Shown here: piece by piece, positions 1-10,740 of the stretch
Layout: each line of letters begins with the position of its first letter
How positions within the stretch are numbered: position 1 is the first letter of the stretch
NCBI GenBank assembly: GCA_963924565.1
Contig: OZ004612.1
Span: 8,618,001-8,682,000 of the forward strand
Source: Ascidiella aspersa
Lineage: Eukaryota
DNA: 64,000 bases
Reading direction: 5' to 3'
The notes under the pieces: model-generated
The model's database searches: none
What the model saw: the letters and a program-made list of their open reading frames with translations, nothing else
Told to the model about the DNA's origin: nothing
Made by a program: the position numbers and the translations under genes

Positions 1-22
1 TCATTTTCCTTCTTTTTCAAAG

Positions 23-1818
23 GTTTCGTTCGACAATAAACGATGCATCTTTCCCCTCGATACGAAAGCAACTCACGTCTGTGATTTTCCTGAAGAAGAC
101 GAGCGAGTACTCGGGCTCCCTCGTGTGGTGCTTGTGCGACGCTACGTCATACTCGGAAGCAAGGCTTTGGTTGCAAATGGCACCGCGCAGTGTTTACGAG
201 AGGGTTGCAGATATAGGCACCCTGACGATCGAGTAAGTATGGTATTTTCTTGCATTCTGTCCCTACCTTCAAGTGGTGGCAACGCCTCCTTAAAGGAGAT
301 CAGTTGTATACTGACATTTCAGGCGTTCCCGGCTTACTTTTGGGCGTATGAGAGGAAGAAGCCACTAGACCAGAGATGTCCAACATTTTATTATAGTGGG
401 CCGCATTGACACTTGAAATAATTTCATGGGCCGCAGAATCTATTAAGTTTCAAGATTAGGTATTGGCCTTTAGAGTTATAACGGGCCTTTAGGGTTATAT
501 GTATATATTTTTACCCATACTATACTATTAGTGCACCCCTAAAAGCTGACTGGTACATTTTAATTAGGCTAATATGGAACGTTTAAAATACTACTTGGGA
601 GTGAAAATGACTAGCAGGCCGCACAAAAATTTCAGACGGGCCGCAATGTGGCCTGTTGGCCGCAGGTTGGACATCCCTGCACTAGACCTCCAACACATAT
701 TTTACATTTACTTTCTTTTAGACTATCTAATTTAGTAGAACCCCGTTTATTTTTTTCGGTGAAACTTGTTCTGTAGCATGTATAGCTCTGTTAACTATAC
801 TAACTATCGATAACTAAGCTTTGTCCACTTATATAACGAATACTTCCACCACAACTAAAAGGCAAAATGGTTCTCTGTTGTCAAGCGCAGATAATAAATC
901 GGGCCTTATCTCCGTGGCGACCCATTAAGGTTCCTTGCGTAATTTCAGAGGACTGGGTCTGGACAATTATGTACTGATTTGTTAAGTTTCGGGCAATGAG
1001 AAGAACCACCAGTCACAACCCCTACGTATTCTACTTTCTACTTTATTGTTATTCTTTTAGTTAATTCCACAATTAGTGGACAACAAACTTCTAACAAAAC
1101 ACGTAATAATGATCTTTTCAACTGCAAATTTCTGCGCTTTACCCTTGCCCTTTGCATGCCATTTATATTTTTCTCAGCCTAAGCATAAACCCATAGTATG
1201 TAGCCTATGTAGCAATCAAACACGTAAAGAATAAGTATTTATTTGCGTTCTGATAACTCTCCCTGGTAATTCGTAATACATTTATTAGATTGATTTTTTC
1301 ATAAATTTAGGCATTCATCATTAGTAGGAAATTCATAATATACCGCACCTAGCAATTTTCACTACTTTACAGACTCATAAAATAACCTGGGTAATCCGAG
1401 TTTTATGTCGTTTACAAGCAACGACGATTCTATAGAGCTGAAGATGGTGCTTAAAGCCACAAGTGGAGGCGTCCAATCATCCACCACAACTAGCAACAGC
1501 AGGGGTATCTTATCACAGCACGTAAAGGCCCAAGAGCTGTGGCGCGCCTACACGATCAAGACCTTCCAGTTTCAGCTGACGCAATCAGGCGGTGACGTCA
1601 CTTATTTCGCAAAGCGCGGTGATGAGGTGCTGATCAGCGGTATGCTTGACCTGGCGCCACAGCACGCCGCAAACGATCTAAGCGACACCGAAGAAAGGCA
1701 ACCCCGAGCCGTGAGTGGACTCAAGTTGCGAAGGAAGCCGGTTCAAAGGTCAAGGTCGTCGTCGACGTTTCGCAACTTCGTCAAACGGGTCAAGGGGCGA
1801 AAACACACGTTGTTTTGA
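23..1818 (+). CDS. 3' end (last two exons) of an unidentified protein-coding gene; exons 23-232 and ~1373/1401-1818
   Basis: Exon 23-232 has a polypyrimidine acceptor (tttttcaaag) and a GA|GTAAGT donor, and is open in phase 2 (FRSTINDASFPSIRKQLTSVIFLKKTSEYSGSLVWCLCDATSYSEARLWLQMAPRSVYERVADIGTLTI). The terminal exon contains ORF 1405-1818 (MSFTSNDDSIELKMVL...KHTLF*). The junction frame is unresolved (see findings) and the family is not recognised. Confidence 0.55.
371..679. mobile_element. hAT (Charlie-type) MITE in an intron
   Basis: TIRs CAGAGATGTCCAAC / GTTGGACATCCCTG; perfect 8-bp TSD CACTAGAC (363-370, 680-687); subterminal GGGCCGC repeats. Confidence 0.9.
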
Positions 1819-2756
1819 CCGTCGAGATTCGCTAAAAGTGTCTGTTTGATGTATGGCTGGCTAAAGGGTCAAGGTAACGCAGCACATTTTCGTACAATGG
1901 GAAGATACAGGTTTTTTAACGGTTAACTAAATTACCAGGGAATATTATTATGCGTGCCAAACCACTCGTAACCATGTACGATCGAACCTAGGTCCTAAAT
2001 GTCAAGCTGTTTTTTATCGCAAGTTCTCGCCAATTCAATAATATTGGGGTTTGAAAAGACACATAACTAAACTTTTAACCAATAAATTAGTCTTATAAGG
2101 TGGTATATGAAAGCGCACTTTGTTACCAACAACTAAATTTATTTTGTTGGATCCGAGGGCTACACAGTACACATGCATGCCAAGATCTCTAAAGAAAATT
2201 GATTTTGTTTTTTTACGTTGGATTTTTTTTCCTGGCTGGAGCACAAAGCTGTGCAAAATTTTGCATAATACCAAGCAATAGGCAACAATCGCTTAATCAC
2301 TATGTTTTTTGTATCATAAAACTATTGTTGTTCAACGATTCTTTCTGCTGTTATGTCCTGTCTAAATGGTCGGCGTGGGCAATTAAAAAATATTCAATAT
2401 AAATTTACAGAAGGGTGTCGAAGTGTTGCTTTTGGCAGTCGGTGGATGTTTAAATTTGTCGCATTCGTAATAGTTTTCTGTTGTTCTTAAACTACCGTAA
2501 TCGTTCTGTTATTTTCTCGTTAAAATATAAGTTTTCGAATACTGTAGACTCCAAGATATATCTGAACGTTCAATGGTATGTCTAAAATGCGGCTTACCAA
2601 AAACCGTTTTAAGAGTGGAGTGCGAGAAAAGCTATGTACGTTTAAAATACTGGAATTGAGTCCAATCCTGCAGTAGCCTACATGGCAAGTAAGCTGAGGT
2701 AATAACCATATACCGATGAGTCTTATAGCATCAATTGTGTAGGCTAGCCTATATCA

Positions 2757-3928
2757 CAGGAGTGGGCAATTATTTTAAGCCGCTGGCCGCATGAGAAGCT
2801 TACAATGTTGTGGCAGGCCAGGTCAAAAAAAGGATCTCAAATACACACAATATGATGTCCTACTCTGACTGAATAAAACAAATAAGCTAACGAATTTGTT
2901 ATTACGTTTGAAGTTGTGCGAAAATGTGAAATTTAAGCGGAATTTAAAGAAGATCACAAGACGTCGCGAAAAAAATGCGACTATATTTGTTTGAAAATGC
3001 AAACTTCAATTTAGATTTAAAGGGGGGCATAAAGCATTGAGCACAGACAAAAAACATACATTGATTGATATATTGGCGTTCACCGAGTTGTGGGGCGCGT
3101 AGACCAAAAGTTAAATTGAAATACGTAATAATTTTGTGCAGAAAACTATAATGTTTTTTTCTAGTTTTTAAAGCTTTAAGTTACCAATATGTTACTTGAG
3201 GTATAACGGTCATATTGCAAAGACGATATAAATCGGGAGAAACTCACAATATGGCGTTACCTAAATTAGGTTGACAAAATATGAATCAGTATATTTCAGG
3301 GTTTAGAAAACGGTAGGCATTTCGTTCCACAGTGCAGAGGACGCTATTTGTCTGTAAAGTTATAAAAAATCAAGTGGAACACACGAGAAAGAAATAAGAG
3401 AATCGCGCGAAGCGGGAAAACATTTTCCGTTTCAATATTTAAAACAGGCTAAAAATTTAATTTGACCGCGTCTTGACTAGATCCGTCAACTTGCACTTGT
3501 TTTCGCTTAGCCCAGTGGTTCTTTCGTGGCCCATTTACGCTGCACAAAAATTCTGTGGCCCAATAGTTTGCTAAAAGAAAAAATTGTAAAATAGGTTTAG
3601 AACAATTAAAATACAGCACAACATATTTCAAAACTGATTATTTATTCAACCGTGCATTAGTGAGATACTTGTGGCTGAACAATAAATTTACATTCCTTTT
3701 TAATTCCTCCCCAAGCCATTATTCTTGTAAAATTAAATATAGTGACACAAATGAAAATAAATCTAGCTTTTTAAAATTGGTCTGTGGCCCACCTCAAATG
3801 TTCTTATGGCCCACCAGTGAGCCATGTCCCACTGGCTGAGAACCGCTGGCTTAGCCTATGTATTTTAAGGAAAATAAGCCGCGGACCGGTTAAACTGCTT
3901 GACGGGCCGCCAATGTTGCCCAGGTCTG
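2757..3928. mobile_element. hAT non-autonomous element that hosts a nested MITE
   Basis: Imperfect TIRs CAGGAGTGGGCAA / TTGCCCAGGTCTG; perfect 8-bp TSD CTATATCA (2749-2756, 3929-3936); GGCCGC subterminal motifs. Confidence 0.85.
3513..3848. mobile_element. hAT MITE nested in the 2757-3928 element
   Basis: Ends CAGTGGTTCT / TGAGAACCGCTG; perfect 8-bp TSD GCTTAGCC (3505-3512, 3849-3856); TGGCCC repeats; same family as 26450-26746. Confidence 0.9.
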
Positions 3929-4815
3929 CTATATCACAACACCAAAAGTGTGTTCTTGTGAACAAAATGCTTAGTTACAATACGTGCAAAATCACGGCAC
4001 AAAATATTATTATACTCAAATTGTCATCCTATAACCTAACGAGTTCCGTTTGAAAACCAAAAGCTATACCTTCTTTATCGAATGTTAAACAAGTGTGTAT
4101 AATTAAAAAAACAAATATGTAAATATATATATATATAAATAAAACTTAGCCCCTTCCCATGTTGCATTGTAATTTTGTACCTAACATCTGGGGATGTATA
4201 AGTAAACACGATTCGGCCTAGAGCCCTAGATACTCACCGAAATATCTATCAATATATATATACTATACAAGTTCAAACTAGCACAACACTACATTGTTCC
4301 TAAAACAAAAATTCAAGTTACAATTTTTTGCTATTTCCCACAAATGATAGCTCGTTAATTTGGTTAAAACCAAAGTCAATCTATAGAAGACTGGTGAAAC
4401 AACAGAAATTGATTACTACCATAGAATACTATTTTCAGGTTTTGCATTCTATGTCATCACCTGTTTGCGTGTTAATGCAATGCAAACTAAAGTACAGAAA
4501 AAGCGCAGAGATTGTTTTGAACTTAAAACACCTTTAAAATTCATCTTTTATACTAAACCTTTAAAACGGGAACTGAGGTCAAGGTATGCAGAAACTAAAT
4601 TCTTAGTGAGAAAAGGTTCCAATTTTGGGTCTGGTCTAGATTCCTACCCCAGCAGCCCAGCTTTGAAAAAATTATTAAATCATTATGTGGGTTGGGGTGT
4701 GGGTTAGCGTTTATTTTTGTATAATAATATTTGACGTAGCCTCACCAAACACCCTAACCAAAATATTGTGCGTTGCTTTCAAAATTGTTTCAAACCATAT
4801 TTGTTTCTTTTAATT

Positions 4816-5031
4816 GGGTAACACTAATTTACGGAATGATGAATGGTCGGAATGGTCGGAACGCTTACAGTATTATTATTAAATATAATAACACTTGACC
4901 CACCTTCATCCAAGCGCTAACCCCCACCCTAACTCAAATATTTTGCGTTGGTTTAATAATTGTTTTAACCGGGTAACACTTAAATTAATGAGCGTTTCGA
5001 CCATTCATCATTCCGTAAATTAGTATTACCC
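4816..5031. mobile_element. MITE with ~34-bp TIR and 8-bp TSD (Merlin-like)
   Basis: TIR GGGTAACACTAATTTACGGAATGATGAATGGTCG with its near-perfect reverse complement ending at 5031; TSD TTTTAATT (4808-4815, 5032-5039); internal CCCTAAC-like tract. Superfamily inferred from the GG terminus and 8-bp TSD. Confidence 0.75.
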
Positions 5032-5090
5032 TTTTAATTTTGACAACTTGTATAATAACAGTAAAAAAATGTGGTAAGAGTGTAGACCAG

Positions 5091-5358
5091 CCAGATTGGA
5101 AACTTTCAATTTTGCGTTGGGGAGACGATTTTGCAGCCTGAAATTGCGCGGCTGTAATAACATTTCCGTCCAAATTTGCACGGTTGTAATAACGTTATTT
5201 GTAAAATTTGCACGGCTCAAAATGAAGTACTATACTTGAAACCGTGTGAGGAAAGTTTGAGCGATTTTTTGCAGCTGTTCGCATTTTACGTTGATTTTAC
5301 ATGAAATGTGCGGCTATGACCGCAGCTGAATGAGAAACTGCCTTACTTTCCATCCTGA
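5091..5358. mobile_element. hAT-like MITE
   Basis: 8-bp direct flank TAGACCAG (5083-5090, 5359-5366); imperfect TIR CCAGATTGGAAA / TTTCCATCCTGA; three internal ~33-bp repeats (AAATTTGCACGG.TGTAATAAC). Confidence 0.65.
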
Positions 5359-5992
5359 TAGACCAGTGCCGTTAAAAATGATATATAATCGCAAATCAGT
5401 ATACTGAGTGGTGATTTGACAAATAGCTGCCAAATAAAATTTAAATGGTTTAGTGAAATCGTGGAAATAATTTAAAATTTGGAACAATAAATTAACCCAA
5501 ATGTGCTAACCTCAACTATCCACATGTAACCCAAATCATTGGTACAATCACCAATGGTTGTATACTCATACAAAAGGGACAGTCTGCATTTTGTGGCACT
5601 TCACGCCAATTTCTTGCTTTTTGAGGTGTGCAATTAAGGTTGTATGCACAATCTAGGTTTGGGAATCTTAAGTCTTTTTTTGGAATTAAGTTATAAACTG
5701 CTAATTCAAATCTGCACACAATTTGCTAATAAAAAAACCTCTGGTGGCCAACCTGCCACAGAACTGATCAAAATGTTTGGCCAATTATCCACCTCCCATA
5801 TATTGTCAAAAACTGTCCTGTGCAAAAATAAGTGAATCTGTGTTGCGTTATTTTAAATTAACTAACTAAGGTAGTATGTGGGTTTTTGTTCATGCATTAG
5901 GTAAAGTACATTAATATTAATATTTTTCATTAACATGCAAGGATTGTGTTTTAAAACCACATATTAGTGTGTGAATTAAACGAATTCGGGAC

Positions 5993-6451
5993 ATGTTTGC
6001 AGTAAAATGTGTCCAGCTTTTGGTTGCAAACTTAAGGCCAAGCACCCACCTGGCAGCAACAGCGCAACTGTCCACATCTGCCTGTGCTTACAATGTACCA
6101 AAAATTCGATGGAAAAGCCCCCGTAAATGGAAGAAGATAGAAACAAAAAGCGGCAAAATTCCCTGGCTAAGCAATTTGCCGGTGTCGAAGCGAAGGGATC
6201 AATTTTCCAGGCAAGAATCCTACGCTGGCATGTACGACTACCTGGCAATACTGGGCGACGACGTCACTTTGCAGCCCAAACTCTTCTGCAAAGGGCCGAA
6301 GTTTGTTCGCGGGCACAAGATGGGTGAACTTAAAACACTGCTGACCAAAAAGAGAATGTTCGGACACAGGATGCATGTTGAAGACCTAGATGCAATGAAC
6401 AAGAGAATTCGCATAGTCGTACTTAAGCACAGAAGAGCAAACAAAACATGA
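5993..6451 (+). CDS. MRPL51: 39S mitochondrial ribosomal protein L51 (mL51), single-exon CDS, 152 aa
   Basis: N-terminus resembles a mitochondrial presequence. C-terminal GMYDYLAILG...KGPKFVRG...ELKTLLTKKRMFGHRM...DLDAMNKRIR matches the remembered mL51 pattern (GVYDNIGILG...RGPIWLRG...EL...RKMVGSRM...DLHNLNKRIR). Confidence 0.9.
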   Translation: MFAVKCVQLLVANLRPSTHLAATAQLSTSACAYNVPKIRWKSPRKWKKIETKSGKIPWLSNLPVSKRRDQFSRQESYAGMYDYLAILGDDVTLQPKLFCKGPKFVRGHKMGELKTLLTKKRMFGHRMHVEDLDAMNKRIRIVVLKHRRANKT

Positions 6452-6933
6452 ACATTGGGAACATATATATTTTTATGGTTAGGCTGACTGGCATGTCCTG
6501 GCTGTACTTACCCAAAATTAGGATAAATTTAAATTAGGATGAATATGTTTATTTAACTTTGTATCAAAATATATCTTTGGTATATTTAGCACAAAGCTTT
6601 GCAACAGTAATGTGTAGTAGTATTCTCATAAAAAATATTAATTTTATGGAAGAAATTGCTTACATGTTTATTATCTCAATTTTCTCCTGATTTTTAATAT
6701 TTTAAAATTTGTGAAAAACGCAACCTCCAGCAAATTTGGAAGTTGAGATTTACAAACAACTATTTGATTTCATATTGCGACATATGGTTTCCTGCTGGGT
6801 TATCTGCTTACACCTTTTTAAAATGTGCCACTTATTAGCAGGAAATTGTTAGCTTGGCCCTGTGTGTTACTCAGTTTGAAACCTGCCAATTTGGCAAGTC
6901 TGCAAAGAAAAGAGTGTCAAAGAGAAGAAGGCA

Positions 6934-9900
6934 ATGTCATCTGCCAGCACAGCAGGTATTCTTTAGCTTATAAACAGTAGCATGTTTCATTGTATGTTTC
7001 CATTTTAAGTGAAGCATTATATAGTTAGGTTGTTTATTTACCTAAACAAAGCTCAGTAGTGCAATGACAGTAGCAAGTCGTAAAGGCATTAAACAAGGTT
7101 TGTTTACTTAAATTATGAACATTCTATTTATGTATAATTTACATTGTATATCATATGTTGGAACCTTAGCAAAGAGAAAGCCATTTTCCACTGTTTTTAT
7201 TGGTTTTTGTTTTTTTTATTAACACCTGAAATGTAACGCAAGACCTTTTTGATTTAAATAGCTGTCATATGATTGGTTTGGGTTTGTGGTTTAAATATAT
7301 AATGAATCAGGATATCAGGGTTTTCTCTTAGCGTTTTTTATATGTTAACTTGTTTTAATTTGGTTGCATTGCTTCTGCAAGTTTTAAAACTCAGGGCAGT
7401 ATGACGTTTACAAACGATTAGGTTATTTGTCCAAGTATGTGTCATCTAATCTTATATTTGCTGGCAAAAAGTCAGTTTTTAACTTCGTTTAGAACTTAAA
7501 AACAATTTATCTATAAATACTGAGTATAAAGTATTTTTCAAATAGTATTAGTTTAAAGATCAAGTGCACCTAGTTATTATATTTTACCATGAATATTCCT
7601 GGATAACATATTTATGTAAGATAATAACCTTTTGTTTTCCTAAGTAAGCACGCTCTCATGTGGTGGAGTTGGTTTCCGACCAATGTTCTGTACCAAACTA
7701 GTAACACATTTTTCCTCAAAAAACAATTTTTGAATGTGTTGTGACAAACCAAGAGATGGTGAAACGTACATACCCAACTAAGAGTTTTGTTTGCAGTTAA
7801 CGACTGGACTAAGTTTTTCAAGGATGCTGGAATTCCAAGTGGTTTAGCAGCGAATTATGCCGTCATGTTTTCAGACCACAGGTAATTTCATGTCACATCA
7901 AAAACACCTAATTTGGAAATAATTAGAAAAACATAACCTGCTAGGATTGTGAAACAAGTAGTATTCAATCAAATGTTTCTGTTGTGTTATTCTTAGGTGT
8001 TGGCAAATTAATTAATATTTTTTGTTTGGATTTGAATTTAGGAAGCAAAGTATTCCTAAAAAGCTTTTCATTTATTAAGAAACTTTTTTGACATAGAAAA
8101 TGCCATGCTATACTTGTATAGCTGTTTACCACCTTCTAATTATCTCTTAAGCTGATGATTGTATGCTTGTTAATTATAGGATTACAAAGGGGATACTGGG
8201 TGACTTGACCAGAGAAATCCTAAACGAGATGGGAATAAAGGCAATGGGAGATACAATTTCCATTCTGAAGCAGGCAAAAATTGTATCTGAAGAGGTAACA
8301 CTATTTTATTATTATTTAATAGTATGACATTTTATCCAAATTTACCCTGAAAAATCAAAAAGTAACTGTTCTGATGTAATCTTACAAACACTATTAAATG
8401 GATTTACTATTTATTGAAGTAACATATGTATTTTATTAAACTTTATCCTCCTTAATGTTTAGTTAAATAATTTTTTGGCAAGTGTTTATTTAGTATATAC
8501 TTACAATGGGTTGTTTAATAGGTAAACCGTGAAAACACTTCCAAGCTTCTTAACACAAAAGGCAGCGAGTCTCCAAAACCTGGAACACGTAAGTTTGTAA
8601 AAAAGCTTTTAATATTAGCTTTGCAATAGTTAAGTTGCTAGAATTACGACGTTCGAAGCAAAACTGTTTTGTATATGGCAGACAATGTCCTAGATTTGTC
8701 TTTCTCAAGTGCGTTTTTTCTAATAAAACAACAATGAAGTATGTGTTTTTACACCCCATCCGTCAGAAATCAGTGCAGTTTTAAGCAAAAAGGTCTACGA
8801 CAATCAGTGCATTCAAAGGATCAAAAAGTCCGACTTTTAGACTTTGAGGTCTTGGACAATGCACTAATTTGCATTAACAAATGTGCATAAGAAGATTAAG
8901 TTTAACAATACTTGACCCCACCAAACCCAAACGCTAACCAGCGCCCAAACCCAAATAATGTGCGATAATTTAATAATTATAACGCTTCAGGCCCCAATAC
9001 CTCAATTTGTGACGTAAAAATCTTAAATACAATGGACGAGAAACCATCCGAGTTTGGGCTTTTTCCCCCAGCATTTAAATAATTATTGAAATAACGCACA
9101 TTATTTGGGTTAGGATTCGGGTTAGCGTTAGGGTTTAGGTGGGTCAAGTGTTATTAATCCTATCTCATATTTTTTGTTATCTTTTCTGAACTTTTAATGA
9201 ATATTTTTAATTTATCTTCGCCGGGAGTTTACCTAAAGGTCCAAATCAGTGCATTGCCAGGACCTCAAGGTCTAAAAGTCTAGACTTTTCTGCCATTGGA
9301 TGCCCTGATTGTCGTAGACCTTTTTGCTTAGAAATGCACTGATTTCTAACGGATCGGGTGGTTTTTAAGTATGTTGCACAAGTGAAACGTTCTCCACGAT
9401 GTTGTGCAATACATATAATAAGATTTTTTATGATCCATATAAATGCATAGTTTGTGTTTCTTAATGAAATTGACTGTGACTGTTTCGTTAAAATGTTTGC
9501 AGCTGCGTCACGCATGATTACTCACAACATCAACGGCAGAAACTTCTCTGAAGCAAAAGTACCCGAAAAGACCGGTAATAAGTTATAAGTTCATGCTATG
9601 ACTATTAATTCATATTCTTGTTCCGCCTCAGATGCAAAAAAGGACGATGGACAAACTAGCACTTTTTGTAAAACCCAAACTAGAACGGCTAGCTTTCTGC
9701 TGTAATTATTTAAATTTAAATAACTATATTTCGATTTGAAACGTTCAAAATCATACCTACTTCTGTATGGGCTTTGAGACAGTCTTATTACGTCTTACAT
9801 TTTATGAAGTTGTCCAAGTATCACAACGAATACCTATTATGCTAGAACGAAGCATAAACACAGGTGATCGCTGTTTAAGATAACCGGGATCCGATATGTT

Positions 9901-10740
9901 TCAGAAGCAACCGTATTCAAGCGGCTCGGACAAGAATCCCCGACCTCATCGAAAACCACCGTATTTGGGCGCCTCGGTGACCCGGTTGACCCAAAGCCCC
10001 CCAAACAACAGCAGCAGCTCCAGTACAGGGGTGTGTTGAAGAGTGGGGCGTCCCCGGCGCCGCAACCGGCCGAAAAGCGCGTCAGCCCGCTCGAGCGTCT
10101 CGGCCCGGCAGCCAAAAGCCCCAAGGCCAAGAAGCCAGCGGCCATTGTGACGTCATCCGACGGGGCGGCGCCCAGGGCCAATATCCGCAAGACGGTGGTG
10201 ACCGCCAAGAAGTCCAAAGCCGCCACTAGGACCAGCGTTATGATGCGCCTGGGCAAAGAGAAGAACTCGTCCCCGGCTAAAGAGGCAGCTACCCTGAAGA
10301 GAAAGCCTGGCGTCGTTTCGACCAAAGTGCTGAGAAAGACGGCGCTCAAGGCAAGGGCTGTAAGCGTTAAGAAGTCGGGTCGCGCCAACGCAATTATCAC
10401 CGTAACCAGGGCTGCCCTGCCCAACGCCAAATCGCGCCCGGGCGCCAACGTCATGGACCGTCTCGGGGCGAAGGTCACCAGCACCACACCGCCACCTGGC
10501 GGAAAATCGCCCAAGACCGTAAAGAGGCGCTCGGTGGGCGACGTCGCCCCGAATACAGCCGCCAAGTCGCCGCGGCTTCGCGTTAAGGCCACCCCGGCGG
10601 CCCAGAAGAAGCCAAAGACAACAAGCAAGCCGATCTCCAGTAACCAGGTGACCAGCACCACTTCGGCTGGCCTATTTCGAGGCGGCGCTGCTGCGGCCAT
10701 GGGCGGTTCCAGCGTTTTTAAACGGCTGGGTCGCAAGTAA
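6934..10740 (+). CDS. C19orf47: C19orf47 orthologue (N-terminal SAM-like domain plus basic low-complexity tail), about 398 aa; exons 6934-6955, 7797-7881, 8180-8294, 8522-8588, 9503-9574, 9905-10740
   Basis: All introns are GT-AG with compatible phases (1197 nt total). The spliced product DWTKFFKDAGIPSGLAANYAVMFSDHRITKGILGDLTREILNEMGIKAMGDTISILKQAK matches the vertebrate C19orf47 N-terminus (EWIQFFKEAGIP...NYAVMFVDNRI...). ASRMIT, LQYRGVLK and VFKRLG motifs are also present. Confidence 0.9.
8752..9360. mobile_element. long-TIR (~120 bp) foldback-like non-autonomous DNA transposon in C19orf47 intron 4
   Basis: 8752-~8872 (CACCCCATCCGTCAGAAATCAGTGCA...) is inverted at ~9241-9360 (...TGCACTGATTTCTAACGGATCGGGTG). 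A second internal inverted pair lies at ~8910-8980 / 9075-9155. 7-bp direct flank GTTTTTA (8745-8751, 9361-9367). Confidence 0.85.
9735..9791. repeat. solo terminal fragment of the MITE family at 53578-53720
   Basis: AAACGTTCAAAATCATACCTACTTCTGTATGGGCTTTGA...CTTATTAC, shared with 33252-33304 and 53578-53720. Confidence 0.7.

Noticed and set aside
125-409. 94-aa ORF from the track
   Set aside because: It runs through the GTAAGT donor at 233 into the intron and a MITE; another frame of exon 23-232 reads more protein-like.
9837-10736. 299-aa minus-strand ORF
   Set aside because: Antisense shadow of the GC-rich C19orf47 last exon; the + frame carries the conserved motifs.
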